This document shows positions 28,113-38,659 of a stretch of 64,000 nucleotides of DNA, piece after piece. The stretch lies in contig JACPGV010000002.1 in assembly GCA_016182385.1 (NCBI GenBank), positions 253,190 through 317,189 on the forward strand. The letters run 5' to 3'. Under the pieces are notes generated by a model. It saw nothing but the letters and a program-made list of their open reading frames with translations. It was not told the DNA's origin and made no database searches. A program made the position numbers and the translations under genes. Every line of letters starts with the position of its first letter. Within the stretch, counting starts at the first letter, position 1. This DNA is from Candidatus Moraniibacteriota bacterium. Lineage in GTDB: Bacteria > Patescibacteriota > Minisyncoccia > Moranbacterales > UBA1568.

Positions 28113-29930
28113 TTAGTGAATCTCGAAAAGAATAGTATTTGTTTCTTGGAGGATCGGTTCTGGTAGTTTGAGAGCAGAACCATCTTCGAGCGAGAGCGAC
28201 TCAAGACCTTCACGAATGAAGAGAATGGATTTTTTGAAAAGTAAACGTTCGCCAAAAATAGACATAAAGCGCTCCTGATCACTTTCGGGAACGAGAAGAT
28301 AGGTGTGTTCGTATGGCGTGAGATTGAGTTTTTCCAGATCATGGGGATTGAAAAAATAGACGGCATTCTTATTGAAGAGATATTGCATTGGACCGGTAAT
28401 CATGGAAAATCCATCGCCGGTCACGTGCCGATCGATGAGAATAAGATCGCGATCAGTGAAGACTTGGCTGAGAGCGGCTGTTTGTTCGATAAGTGACCGA
28501 TTTTCAGAAAAAGTGACGGCTCTTTTCCATGCTGGATACTGAAAGGAAATAAGTAAGAGAAAGATGATGGTGACAGAGAGAAGGCGATGGCCGGTTGGTC
28601 GAGTTATGGGAAAAATTTTTTCTTTCGCGAAGAGAAGGGCAATACCGATGATACTCGAAAAGAGAAGTGTTGGAAAAAGAGAAAAAAGATAGCGCCGAAG
28701 CATCCAAGGATGGTCAAGAGAAATATTTGGATCGAAAAGATACAGAAACGTTGGAAGTGCTATGGCCACCGGAAGGAGCGCCATGAAACGTCGTTCTTTG
28801 ATGATGATGAGTATACCGAAAAGCCCCATGGTAAAGAGTGTGAGGAGTCCATAGAGAAAGAAGACGGATCCGAGAGGAAACGATGTCTCGATCATCTCCA
28901 CACTATTGGCGATATTTCCTTGCTCCGCTTGACCGAGAAACTTCAGGAGTGCCTTGCCAATCATTTTATAATAGGGAAGATTGATGAAAAAATCCCTCAG
29001 AAAAAAGAACCCGAAAATAATACCAGGAAAAACAAGGCTTTTAAAGGGGGAACTTTTCCAAAGAGATATGGCGTGCGTACTGAAAAAAAGTAGAAGGAGA
29101 GAGAGACCGAGAAAGAGGAAGCCTTCAATGCGGGTAAAAGCAAAAAGTCCCCCGGTAAGGAGAATGCTGAAATAGTAAAGACGTTTTCCTTCCCGGAAAA
29201 ATAAAAGAAGATTAAAAACGAGAAATGTGAATAGAAAAAGTGCAAGATTTTCGCTGAGGGTCATTTTGGCAAACCAGAGAGGAAGAAAAGAGAACAGAGA
29301 AACAAGTAGGCCGGCACCGGCATAAAACGGACAAACAAAAAGACGCAAAAGATGATAGAGCGTGATGAAAAAAAGAAAAAGAAGAAGCGCGTTGCTTATG
29401 TTTGGGCCGATGAATCCAAAGACAGAAACGAAGGCGGCGAGCCACGCAGTGTAACCAAGAGGAAACTGTGTCACGAGGTATCCTCCGTCCGTGTAAGCGA
29501 AACCGGGAAAATTGAGTGCTGTACCTTCCCCGTAGATTTCAAAGAAGCTGATCGTGGTTTTATTGGTAAATGCCAGTTCATTGTTCTGAGCGAGACGGAA
29601 GGCGGCTTCGGCGATAGATCCTTGGTCGCGGCCGGAAAAGACGGTTGGTTCCGAAGAAAGGGCGATAAAAATAGCAAAACAGAGAGAGAGAAAAAAAACA
29701 ACGCGAATGTCGTTTTTCGCATGCCAAAGAAGTTTGATACCGATGAGGAGAGGTAATGCCCCGCCTATGAGGAGAGCAAAAACAAGAAGAGGAAAAAAGA
29801 AAAAGCCGCTTATGGCGAGGGAGAGCGTGAACCATCCAAACACCACAAAAAAAAGTCCGAAGAGGACGAAGGAAGTATGATTTTTTTCTGAAAAAGAGGG
29901 AAAAGTGATCATGAGTACAGTATAACGCAA
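28113..29930 (-). CDS. Polytopic membrane protein, GT-C-fold glycosyltransferase-like
   Basis: More than 10 TM segments with GRDQG, QFPLGY, TLSENL, FTRIEG and DHPWMLRRY loop motifs. Confidence 0.6.
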   Translation of the reverse strand: MRYTVLMITFPSFSEKNHTSFVLFGLFFVVFGWFTLSLAISGFFFFPLLVFALLIGGALPLLIGIKLLWHAKNDIRVVFFLSLCFAIFIALSSEPTVFSGRDQGSIAEAAFRLAQNNELAFTNKTTISFFEIYGEGTALNFPGFAYTDGGYLVTQFPLGYTAWLAAFVSVFGFIGPNISNALLLFLFFITLYHLLRLFVCPFYAGAGLLVSLFSFLPLWFAKMTLSENLALFLFTFLVFNLLLFFREGKRLYYFSILLTGGLFAFTRIEGFLFLGLSLLLLFFSTHAISLWKSSPFKSLVFPGIIFGFFFLRDFFINLPYYKMIGKALLKFLGQAEQGNIANSVEMIETSFPLGSVFFLYGLLTLFTMGLFGILIIIKERRFMALLPVAIALPTFLYLFDPNISLDHPWMLRRYLFSLFPTLLFSSIIGIALLFAKEKIFPITRPTGHRLLSVTIIFLLLISFQYPAWKRAVTFSENRSLIEQTAALSQVFTDRDLILIDRHVTGDGFSMITGPMQYLFNKNAVYFFNPHDLEKLNLTPYEHTYLLVPESDQERFMSIFGERLLFKKSILFIREGLESLSLEDGSALKLPEPILQETNTILFEIH

Positions 29931-30030
29931 GAATATTATTTTTTCTAGGTTTTTTTGATGAGTGAGTGGTTTGCCAATATGAGGAAATATGTTTACAATA
30001 AAGGAAAAGAACTCGTTTAATAGATGAGGA

Positions 30031-32475
30031 ATGCGATTTCATTTTTTCTTTTGGTACTATACAGACGGTTTGCGTGGAGCGGGAGTGCTCATGTGGAATG
30101 CTTTACGTTTCACCGCTTTACATTTTTCGTTGTTGCCATTGTTACAGACACTTTTTTTTCCATGGAAGCGTGATGTTTCTTTCCGGGCGTGGAGGGGATT
30201 TCATCCCTTGAAATTTTTTGGATTAGCATTCAATAATATTTTTTCTCGATTTTGGGGGGCAATGGTGCGTTTGGTTGTTTTAATGTTTGGCGTTCTGATT
30301 TTTTGCGTTGTTTTTCTTTTCGGGGGAATGTTTTTTTTGCTTTTTTGTTTTGGGCCGCTTCTTTTGGGGAGTAGTGTTGTTTTGTATATTTTTTCTTCTT
30401 CTCTTGGTTTTTGGTTTTCTCTTTTTGGTTTTTTCGGTTGTCTTATTGCTTTTTTGGGATATGTTATGAGAGAGAAAGACATTGTGCCCGTTTTTGACAT
30501 ACGTGTTCTGCGGCGAAAAAGCTTTTTTAAACGTATTTTAGCGAGGTTGGGCCTTCACCACGTGGAGACGGCGCATTTGGAGAACGATGCTTCATTTTCA
30601 GAATTTCTTCAAAAAAATACTCTTGAAAGAACACTTTTTGAAAAGGCTGTCCTTATCGAGTGGGCCGCGGCTGTGAAGCGATCGCGAAAGAAAAAATTTT
30701 GGCTTTGGGATAATTTGAAAAAGACAAGGCCAATCGGTAAGGGATGGTGCTATGCGTATACCCCCAAACTTGATCAATATGTTGTTGATCTTTCATCGCA
30801 TGATCCGACGGAATATCGCGAGATGGAATTAGTCGGTCGCCGCGAAGAGTTTTCCGTTACAGCGCTTGTATTGAAGCGACCAGTGGAGAATAATGTCGTG
30901 ATAGTAGGTGATCCGGGAATCGGTAAAAAAACATTGGTACATTATTTTGGACGCTCCTTGAGGGAAAATGTGTTTCGGGGCGATCGTTTGGGGGATGCCC
31001 GTCTTTTGCTTTTTGATATAGGTGCTGCCATAAGTGACGCCGTGGGTCATGGGCAAGATCCGGAATATTTTTTACGAACGCTTTTTCTTGAAGCCGCGTA
31101 TGCCGGTAACGTTATTTTGGTTATTGAAAATATTGATACGCATTTTTCCGGTAATGGCATGCACTCTTACCTGCCTTCTCTTTTTACCGAGTTTCTACAA
31201 TTACCGACATTTCGCGTTATCGCCACCGCTTCTACCAATCAGTATCATGAGCTCATAAAAAAAGAAGCGCAGGCCTTTAAGTTTTTTGAGACAGTGTATA
31301 TACGTGAGCCCAACGAAGCGGAGACGTTTGATATTCTTCTTCATTTTTTTGAAGAAAGCGAAAGACAAAATGTTGTTTTTACCATTCAAGGTCTTGAGGC
31401 GATTATTGCTTTTGCTAGTCGGTACCATTGGGAAACTCCTTTTCCAGAACGAGCTATCGATCTTGCTCAGGAAATACTTCTGTATTGGCAGGGAACGGAT
31501 GATCAGTATATTACTCCTGGCGTGGCACATGCATTTTTTTCTTTGAAGACTGGAGCGTCAACGGGAGCGGCGGAAGGAGAAGAGCGAGAAAAATTATTGC
31601 ATTTGGAGGAGCTTTTGCATGAGCGAGTCATTGGACAGACGGAAGCTGTTCGTGAAGTGGCGGAGGCTATGCGTAAGGCGCGCGTCGGTTTTTCTGATCC
31701 CAAGCGACCATTGGGAAGTTTTATTTTTTTCGGACCAAGCGGTGTTGGAAAAACAGAAACAGCGAAAGCGTTCGCGGAGAGTTATTTTGGTGATGAAAAA
31801 AAGATGATTCGTTTTGATATGAGCGAGTTTCAAACACCGCAATCGATTGATAGGATGATCGGTTCTCGAATTACTAATGTTCAGGGAGAACTTGTGAATG
31901 CGGCAAAAGAAAAACCGTTTTCTATTCTTTTGCTTGATGAGATAGAAAAGGCATATCCGAGGGTTTTGGATTTATTTTTGCAAATTCTTGATGAGGGATA
32001 TGTGACGGATGGTTTTGGCGAAAAGGTGAGTTTTCGTAATATGATTATTATCGCGACCTCCAACGCTGGAGCGCCACTCATTAAGTCACTTGTTGCAGAG
32101 CAGGCTTCAATGGTGGAAATTCGTAAACAAGTGCTTGATCATATTATCGAAAAAAACATTTTTCGTTTGGAATTTTTGAGTCGTTTTAATGGATTGATTT
32201 TTTTTGAACCGCTCAAACAAACAGAACTTGAAGCAGTGGCAATGCTCAAGCTACAACATTTTGCTGATCGCTTGAAAAAAGAAAAAAACATTACGGTCGT
32301 TTTTGATTCGGATGTCGCTTCTTTGGTGGTAGAACGGGGATTTGAAGCGGAATTTGGTACTCGTTCACTGAATCGTTTCATAGAGAATGCCATTGAGGAT
32401 GTCATGGTAAAAAAAATTATCGCCGGCGAAGTTACCGAAGGAAGTGTTTTTCGGGTATCTGGTAATGAACTGTGA
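30031..32475 (+). CDS. ClpA/B-family AAA+ ATPase with N-terminal membrane region
   Basis: Hydrophobic N-terminus; D1 GDPGIGKKT..LVIENID..FPERAIDL; D2 [24 protein letters not shown]. Confidence 0.85.
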   Translation: MRFHFFFWYYTDGLRGAGVLMWNALRFTALHFSLLPLLQTLFFPWKRDVSFRAWRGFHPLKFFGLAFNNIFSRFWGAMVRLVVLMFGVLIFCVVFLFGGMFFLLFCFGPLLLGSSVVLYIFSSSLGFWFSLFGFFGCLIAFLGYVMREKDIVPVFDIRVLRRKSFFKRILARLGLHHVETAHLENDASFSEFLQKNTLERTLFEKAVLIEWAAAVKRSRKKKFWLWDNLKKTRPIGKGWCYAYTPKLDQYVVDLSSHDPTEYREMELVGRREEFSVTALVLKRPVENNVVIVGDPGIGKKTLVHYFGRSLRENVFRGDRLGDARLLLFDIGAAISDAVGHGQDPEYFLRTLFLEAAYAGNVILVIENIDTHFSGNGMHSYLPSLFTEFLQLPTFRVIATASTNQYHELIKKEAQAFKFFETVYIREPNEAETFDILLHFFEESERQNVVFTIQGLEAIIAFASRYHWETPFPERAIDLAQEILLYWQGTDDQYITPGVAHAFFSLKTGASTGAAEGEEREKLLHLEELLHERVIGQTEAVREVAEAMRKARVGFSDPKRPLGSFIFFGPSGVGKTETAKAFAESYFGDEKKMIRFDMSEFQTPQSIDRMIGSRITNVQGELVNAAKEKPFSILLLDEIEKAYPRVLDLFLQILDEGYVTDGFGEKVSFRNMIIIATSNAGAPLIKSLVAEQASMVEIRKQVLDHIIEKNIFRLEFLSRFNGLIFFEPLKQTELEAVAMLKLQHFADRLKKEKNITVVFDSDVASLVVERGFEAEFGTRSLNRFIENAIEDVMVKKIIAGEVTEGSVFRVSGNEL

Positions 32476-32477
32476 TT

Positions 32478-33656
32478 ATGAATATATTAGTTGTCGCACC
32501 CACGCCGTTTTTTTCTGATCGAGGGACACATATTCGTATTTTGGAAGAAGCGCTCGCGCTTGAAAAGCGTGGACATGAGGTAACAATCGCGACGTATCAC
32601 ATCGGTGCGGATATTCCGAAACACTTGCATTCACGTATTGATGTGCGTCGCATACGGAGACTGCTTTTTTGGTACAAGAAATTGGAGGCCGGTCCGGATT
32701 GGCAGAAAATCATCCTTGATCTTTTACTTATCAAGAAAACGTTTTTTCTCGCTCGTACAAAAAAACCGGATATTATTCACGCGCATTTGCATGAAGGCGC
32801 GCTTATTGGTTGGATTGTCCAGAAGGTGCTTTTTTGGCATCGAATACGTTTAGTGGTGGATTTTCATGGAAGTTTGACGAAAGAAATGGTATCACATCAT
32901 TATCTTCGAATGAGCGGATTATTTTTTCTTTTTCGATGGTTGGAGAAGTGTATTGACAACATGGGTGATGCGGCTGTTACCAGTTCGTGGGAAAATACTG
33001 ACGATATCAACACTTTGCGTCGGAAAAAAGACGCGGAAACGCTTCTTGATGGCACACGTCTTTCAATGTTTGACGGCGTATTGGAGAAATCAGTGCTTCG
33101 GGAACGATATGGCATTTCGCGTGACGCGATCGTTATAACCTATACCGGAGCACTTATTCCGAACAAGGGCGTAGGACTCTTTCTTGAGATGATTCCACTC
33201 GTTTCTGCTCAATACCCAAAAGTGCATTTTATTATCGCCGGATTTCCTCTTAATGAGATAGCGGGTTTTTTACGGCAGGACGTTTTTCGTACACGAGTGA
33301 AGGTTATCAGCCCATTGTCGTATTTTGATCTCCCGAGTGTTTTGAAGATGAGCGATATTGGTGTTGACCCGAAAGAAGCGACAACGCGACAAGCAAGCGG
33401 AAAAATGCTTCAATATATGGGGGCAGGGTTGCCGGTGGCGTGTTTTGATACCGCGAACAATCGTGAATATTTGGGTGAGGGCGGAGTCTATGCTTCTGAA
33501 ACGACCGCTAAGAGTCTTTCTCACGCACTCGGCATACTTATAGAAAATGAAGTGCTTCGACGAGAAAAAGGGGAGATTAATTTCGTTCGTTCAAAACAAT
33601 TTAGTTGGGAAAAATCAGCGGAAATATTGGAAAAAATATACAAAAAATTGTTATGA
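32478..33656 (+). CDS. Glycosyltransferase family 4
   Basis: MNILVVAPTPFF..RG, DIIHAHLHEG, YTGAL..KG and GKMLQYMGAGLPV. Confidence 0.88.
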   Translation: MNILVVAPTPFFSDRGTHIRILEEALALEKRGHEVTIATYHIGADIPKHLHSRIDVRRIRRLLFWYKKLEAGPDWQKIILDLLLIKKTFFLARTKKPDIIHAHLHEGALIGWIVQKVLFWHRIRLVVDFHGSLTKEMVSHHYLRMSGLFFLFRWLEKCIDNMGDAAVTSSWENTDDINTLRRKKDAETLLDGTRLSMFDGVLEKSVLRERYGISRDAIVITYTGALIPNKGVGLFLEMIPLVSAQYPKVHFIIAGFPLNEIAGFLRQDVFRTRVKVISPLSYFDLPSVLKMSDIGVDPKEATTRQASGKMLQYMGAGLPVACFDTANNREYLGEGGVYASETTAKSLSHALGILIENEVLRREKGEINFVRSKQFSWEKSAEILEKIYKKLL

Positions 33657-34831
33657 AACTCTTTCTTATAAAAATCGGAAAAGCGTGGGATGTGCTATGT
33701 CGTGATGGGATAGTAAGGGGTAGCAAGCGAGTAATGTTTGCCTTTTTAAAACTTTTTCGAAGAGTTTTTCCTGGGGATGTTTTGTTTATATCAAATGGTG
33801 TCGGTGACAGTGCCAGATATCGGACAGTGCATATGGCTGAGATGCTAAAGAAGCAGGGTGTTCGCGCGTCGGTTACGGTGCAAGATAATCCCTTTCTTCC
33901 TTCGTATGCCAAGCAATTTTCCGTATTCGTTTTTCACCGAACGTTATTTTCTCGAAACGTGGAGAAACTTCTGGCGCGCGCAAAAACACTGGGAAAAGAA
34001 ATTATTTTTGAAACGGATGACTTGGTATATGATCCCATGTTTTTGCAACACATGGATTATTTCAATCAGATGAATGTTTTTGAGCGTAAATTGTATGAAA
34101 ATGGTGTGGGTGGCGAGATTCTTTCTGATCCGTACGTGAAGGTATGCACGACCTCGACGACTTACCTTGCAGAAAAGTTACGTGAAAAGAAAAAACAGGT
34201 GTTTGTTGTACGTAATTGTTTGTCGCAAGAAGATATTACGAATGCTGAAACGATAATGATGAGAAAAACAAAGCGTGATATGTTTGTGCGATTGGCATAT
34301 TTTTCCGGCACTCCAAGTCACAATAAAGATTTTGCGACCATTACGGACGCGCTCCTTGCCGTGATGGAACGGTACCCGCAAACGAAATTGGTATTGGCAG
34401 GACCGCTTGATGCTGACGATCGGCTGAACATGGTGAAGGATCGTATCGAGCGAGTGTTGTTTTCCCCACGACGGGATCATTTTGGTAACATCGCCACAGT
34501 AGATATAAATCTCGCGCCACTCGAAATAGGTAATCCGTTTTGTGAAGCGAAATCGGAATTGAAGTGGTTTGAGGCGGGACTCCTAGCCATACCCACGGTC
34601 GCCTCGGGAACGCAAACATTTCATGAGGCGATAACGGATGGCGTAGATGGTTTTGTGGCTAGCACAACGGCGGAGTGGATAGAAAAAATATCGTGTTTAG
34701 TGGAAGATACAACCTTTCGACAAATGATGGGAAAGAATGCGCATGAAACGGTGTTGAAAAAATACACGACAGAGCACGGTGATGAAGAATATATTCGGTA
34801 TATAAAGAGTAAATTAGCAAGAAAAATATGA
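33653..34831 (+). CDS. Glycosyltransferase (GT-B fold)
   Basis: SARYR, FETDDLVYD, YFSGTPSHNKDF and DINLAPLE..FCEAKSELKWFEAG; ATGA overlap. Confidence 0.85.
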   Translation: MKLFLIKIGKAWDVLCRDGIVRGSKRVMFAFLKLFRRVFPGDVLFISNGVGDSARYRTVHMAEMLKKQGVRASVTVQDNPFLPSYAKQFSVFVFHRTLFSRNVEKLLARAKTLGKEIIFETDDLVYDPMFLQHMDYFNQMNVFERKLYENGVGGEILSDPYVKVCTTSTTYLAEKLREKKKQVFVVRNCLSQEDITNAETIMMRKTKRDMFVRLAYFSGTPSHNKDFATITDALLAVMERYPQTKLVLAGPLDADDRLNMVKDRIERVLFSPRRDHFGNIATVDINLAPLEIGNPFCEAKSELKWFEAGLLAIPTVASGTQTFHEAITDGVDGFVASTTAEWIEKISCLVEDTTFRQMMGKNAHETVLKKYTTEHGDEEYIRYIKSKLARKI

Positions 34832-35781
34832 AAATACTTATTACGGGTGGCGCGGGATTTATAGGTTCCGCAACGGCAAAGCAGTTGGTAGGTCGTGGTG
34901 ATACGCCGATTCTTATTGATAATTTCAATGATTACTATGATCCGAAATTAAAAAGAGATCGCGTTGCCAAGTTTCTCAAGGAATGTAAAGGAAAATTCAG
35001 GCTCTATAAAGGAGATATTCGTGATCGGAAATTTCTTGAGCGTGTTTTCAAAAAAGAACACCCGGTAAAGGTCATTCATTTGGCGGCGATGGCCGGTGTG
35101 CGGAGTTCACTCGATAATCCGGGACTCTATGTTGATGTCAATATTTTGGGAACAGTCAATCTTCTTGATATGGCGGTCAAATACAAAGTGAAGAATTTTG
35201 TTTACGCCTCTTCCTCATCGGTGTACGGCAATAATACAAAGGTGCCGTTTTCTGAAACTGATTCTGTCGATACTCCGGTATCTCCGTATGCCGCTACCAA
35301 AAAAGCGACGGAGCTTTTGGCACATGTATACAGTCATATCCATGGGCTGAAAACGACTGGACTTCGTTATTTCACGGTCTATGGTCCATGGGGTCGTCCG
35401 GATATGGGAGTGTTCAAATTTATTGAAAATATCATTTGCGGCAAAATGATCGATGTCTACAATTTTGGTAAGATGCGTCGAAATTTTACCTATATTGATG
35501 ATATTGTTTCGGGGACAATCACGACTCTTGACGCTGATTTGCCGTGTGCTGTGATGAATATTGGCGGTGATCGTGACGAGGCGCTTCTTGACTATATCGC
35601 CTTAGTGGAAAAGCATTCTGGCAAGAAAGCAAAAAAACGAATGTTGCCGATGCAACCGGGAGATGTGCCGTCGACGGTCGCTGACATTAAAAAACTTCGT
35701 AAACTTGGCTGGAAACCGACGACTCGTATTGATGTTGGGGTAAAAAACTTTGTAACATGGTATAAAGAATATTATCGATGA
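34828..35781 (+). CDS. NAD-dependent epimerase (UDP-glucuronate 4-epimerase-like)
   Basis: ITGGAGFIG, HLAAMAGVR, ASSSSVYG, YAATKK and LRYFTVYGPWGRPDM. Confidence 0.92.
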   Translation: MKILITGGAGFIGSATAKQLVGRGDTPILIDNFNDYYDPKLKRDRVAKFLKECKGKFRLYKGDIRDRKFLERVFKKEHPVKVIHLAAMAGVRSSLDNPGLYVDVNILGTVNLLDMAVKYKVKNFVYASSSSVYGNNTKVPFSETDSVDTPVSPYAATKKATELLAHVYSHIHGLKTTGLRYFTVYGPWGRPDMGVFKFIENIICGKMIDVYNFGKMRRNFTYIDDIVSGTITTLDADLPCAVMNIGGDRDEALLDYIALVEKHSGKKAKKRMLPMQPGDVPSTVADIKKLRKLGWKPTTRIDVGVKNFVTWYKEYYR

Positions 35782-35793
35782 TAATTTTTCCTT

Positions 35794-36858
35794 ATGGCAT
35801 ACACGCGGCGTGATCATACGGGGATAAGTCTGGTGATACTTGAAGCTTTTGGAGCATTTGCTTTTTGGTATTTCTTTTTTGAGAGTGTTCGGATGTCGAG
35901 TATTGGTGGTATTTGGCAAGTCATCTTTTCGTTTTTTATTTTGGCCGTTTTCTTTTTTATAGGAGCAGTCGTGTGGAAGGGGGCGATAGTGAGAAGCGCG
36001 GGCGTCGCTATGCTTCTTTTTCCCAGTTTTCTTTTTTTACAATCGTGGGAGTTTGTCTTGGCGAATGTCTTGGCTTTTCTTTTCCTTTATAGAAGTGCTT
36101 CTCATATCAGTGGTGAAACGATAGAGAGACTGCGTTTTCATTTTTTGAAAAGTGCGCGGGCCGGAAAATTTCTTTTTGGTTTTTCGTTTGCTCTCCTTTT
36201 GAGTTTTGGTTATTACGTGACCATAAAAGATGTTTCTTTGGAAAATCTCATACCGCGTTTTGTTTTGGGTGACAATACGATGAAGATGGCCTTGAGGGGC
36301 GCTGGTATGCTCCATGAGGATTTTTCCAAAATCCTTGAAGAGGATGGTACGGTTGATGAATTTCTTTTGGGTGTGGCCCAGAAGGAAAAATACTCTTCTG
36401 ATGTTCAGTCACAAGAAGGAATGTTTTCTTTGGAAACGGACGACTTATGGAATGTGTTTTCTGGAATAAGCGCTGATGCCATAACGACTGATTCTGCTTT
36501 TGAACAAAGTGGGCAGGCTTTTGAAAAAGAGATTTTTCTTCATGCAGGCCGTGAGCAGATAGCCCAATTTGTTGGACAGCCGATTACCGGCACGGAGAAG
36601 GTGTCTGATGTTTTGGCGTCTATCTTACGTAATAAGCTTACCGGTTTCGCTCAAAACTCAACAGAGGAACATATTTTTTCTTCTTCCGCGCTTTCTTTTT
36701 TTCTTGCCATGCTTCTTTTTCTCACTCTTCTTTCATTGGTACCGATTATCAATGCGCTGGCTATTTTTGTAGCTTTTCTTCTTTTTCAATTACTTCTGGC
36801 GACAAAATGTCTTTCGTGGGAAGAGGCGACAATACAGTGTGAACGTCTGGCACTCTAA
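35794..36858 (+). CDS. Hypothetical membrane protein
   Basis: Multiple TM segments with a large central soluble loop. Confidence 0.7.
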   Translation: MAYTRRDHTGISLVILEAFGAFAFWYFFFESVRMSSIGGIWQVIFSFFILAVFFFIGAVVWKGAIVRSAGVAMLLFPSFLFLQSWEFVLANVLAFLFLYRSASHISGETIERLRFHFLKSARAGKFLFGFSFALLLSFGYYVTIKDVSLENLIPRFVLGDNTMKMALRGAGMLHEDFSKILEEDGTVDEFLLGVAQKEKYSSDVQSQEGMFSLETDDLWNVFSGISADAITTDSAFEQSGQAFEKEIFLHAGREQIAQFVGQPITGTEKVSDVLASILRNKLTGFAQNSTEEHIFSSSALSFFLAMLLFLTLLSLVPIINALAIFVAFLLFQLLLATKCLSWEEATIQCERLAL

Positions 36859-36869
36859 AGATATTTCTA

Positions 36870-36896
36870 TTAGCACTCATTATTGATGATTGCTAA
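36870..36896 (+). promoter_or_regulatory. CIRCE operator (HrcA) upstream of dnaJ
   Basis: TTAGCACTC-ATTATTGAT-GATTGCTAA. Confidence 0.9.
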
Positions 36897-36945
36897 TTTT
36901 TGTTTTTTGGTGTATGATCGGAGTGATAAACAGGAAATGTACGCT

Positions 36946-38028
36946 ATGGCCAATTATTACGATATCCTCGGTGTTTCAAAGAGCGCTTCAGAAGACGAAA
37001 TTAAGAAAGCATTTCGCAAGCTTGCTCATAAATATCATCCGGATAAGGGTACGGGTGACGAGAAAAAATTTAAAGAAATCAATGAGGCGTACCAGGTTCT
37101 TTCCCATAAGGAAAAACGACAACAGTACGACCAGTTTGGTCAAACGTTTCATGGGCAGGGTGGGTATGGTAACGGATCGCAACAAGGATTTAGTGGTTTT
37201 GGTTTTAATAATGCGAATGGTTTTGATTTTTCCGGAACAGGTTTTGAAGATATTTTTTCGGATATTTTTGGGGGTGGCGGCGGAGTTCGACGAAAAACAA
37301 GAGCGGGGGAGGATATTCATGTTGATGTGGAAATAGATTTTGAAGAAATGGTGAACGGTGCGAAAAGAGAAATACCTTTGCGGAAATTTGTTTCTTGTGA
37401 TAGTTGTCGTGGTACCGGAGGAAAGCCGGGGTCGCGAGAAGAAAATTGTTCAGAGTGTAGCGGAAGCGGTCAAGTGCGTCGTGTTACACAAACCGTTTTT
37501 GGTGCTTTCGCTCAGGCATCCCTTTGCGATCGTTGTCATGGTAAAGGAAAAATGTTTACGGAACGATGCGTGATGTGTCGTGGAGCCGGACGGCATCAAA
37601 AAGAAGAAACTGTTTCTGTTGAGATACCGGCCGGTATACATGATGGGCAAACAGTTTCTCTTTCTGGTGGTGGCGCGGTCGGGGAAAACGGTGTGATGTC
37701 GGGAGATTTGTTTATCAATGTTCATGTGCGGCCACATACATTTTTGAAGCGACGCGGTGATGATATTGTGTCTGAGTTTCAAATTACTTTTTCGCAAGCT
37801 ACCCTTGGTGATAAAGTTCTTCTTAAAACCATTGATGGTGATGTGACTATGAAGATTCCTTCCGGTACAAAGTCTGGAGAAGTGTTTCGCATTCGAGGAA
37901 AGGGCGTTCCTCACTTGGGAGAACGAGGCCGGGGCGATCATTTGGTGACGGTAACGGTTATTATTCCTCAAAAGGTATCTCGTGATGCTCGTGTGCTTAT
38001 AGAAAAGTTGCGAGAATATGGGCTATAG
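36946..38028 (+). CDS. dnaJ: Chaperone DnaJ
   Basis: J domain (YYDILGV..YHPD), G/F region and four CxxCxGxG repeats. Confidence 0.97.
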   Translation: MANYYDILGVSKSASEDEIKKAFRKLAHKYHPDKGTGDEKKFKEINEAYQVLSHKEKRQQYDQFGQTFHGQGGYGNGSQQGFSGFGFNNANGFDFSGTGFEDIFSDIFGGGGGVRRKTRAGEDIHVDVEIDFEEMVNGAKREIPLRKFVSCDSCRGTGGKPGSREENCSECSGSGQVRRVTQTVFGAFAQASLCDRCHGKGKMFTERCVMCRGAGRHQKEETVSVEIPAGIHDGQTVSLSGGGAVGENGVMSGDLFINVHVRPHTFLKRRGDDIVSEFQITFSQATLGDKVLLKTIDGDVTMKIPSGTKSGEVFRIRGKGVPHLGERGRGDHLVTVTVIIPQKVSRDARVLIEKLREYGL

Positions 38029-38090
38029 TACGCGTTGCTTTGGGTGGTATTTTCTTATACAATGCAGATGACCACTTTTAAAATATTTTT

Positions 38091-38648
38091 ATGGAAAAAA
38101 CTACAAAAGTTCTTATTGTGGACGATGATGTCGATACGCGTTCTTTATATGCTGAGGCTTTGCGGGCGGTAAACTTTGATGTGCGAGAGGGTGGTGATGG
38201 CTTAGAGGGTCTTGAGCTTGCGACGAACGATACCCCACATGTTATCGTGACGGGTATTATTATGCCGCGGATGGATGGTTTTCAATTTTTTGAGGCGTTA
38301 AAGAAAAATGTACCGACCGCATCGGTACCAGTCATTTTTCTTTCCCATCTTGGTCGTGAAGAAGATGAACGACGAGCGAAAGAAATCGGCGCAGCCGCAT
38401 TTTTAATGCGAGATATGACATCGCCGAACGATATGATTCAGTGTCTTAATACGATACTAACGACCAAAGAATACGTTGTTGGTATTGATCCATTTAATTT
38501 TGATGCAGCTCTTCTGGCAGAAGACCTTGATATCAACCCGGATTTTGTTTGCGTTTCCGAGGGAAAGGTAAATGGGCGGGTGGTGCTTAAGTTGCGCTCT
38601 CGTGACGGGAGTGATAAGCACTTTGACGCAGAAATTTCTTGCGTTTGA
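38091..38648 (+). CDS. Receiver-domain protein (atypical, lacks phospho-Asp)
   Basis: KVLIVDDD..PHVIVTGIIMPRMDG..PVIFLS; Gly sits at the phosphoacceptor position. Confidence 0.8.
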   Translation: MEKTTKVLIVDDDVDTRSLYAEALRAVNFDVREGGDGLEGLELATNDTPHVIVTGIIMPRMDGFQFFEALKKNVPTASVPVIFLSHLGREEDERRAKEIGAAAFLMRDMTSPNDMIQCLNTILTTKEYVVGIDPFNFDAALLAEDLDINPDFVCVSEGKVNGRVVLKLRSRDGSDKHFDAEISCV

Positions 38649-38659
38649 CGTGTGTGGTT

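Noticed and set aside
36883..36945. Longer dnaJ N-terminus from the ORF track
   Set aside because: It overlaps the CIRCE operator; the J domain begins at ATG 36946.
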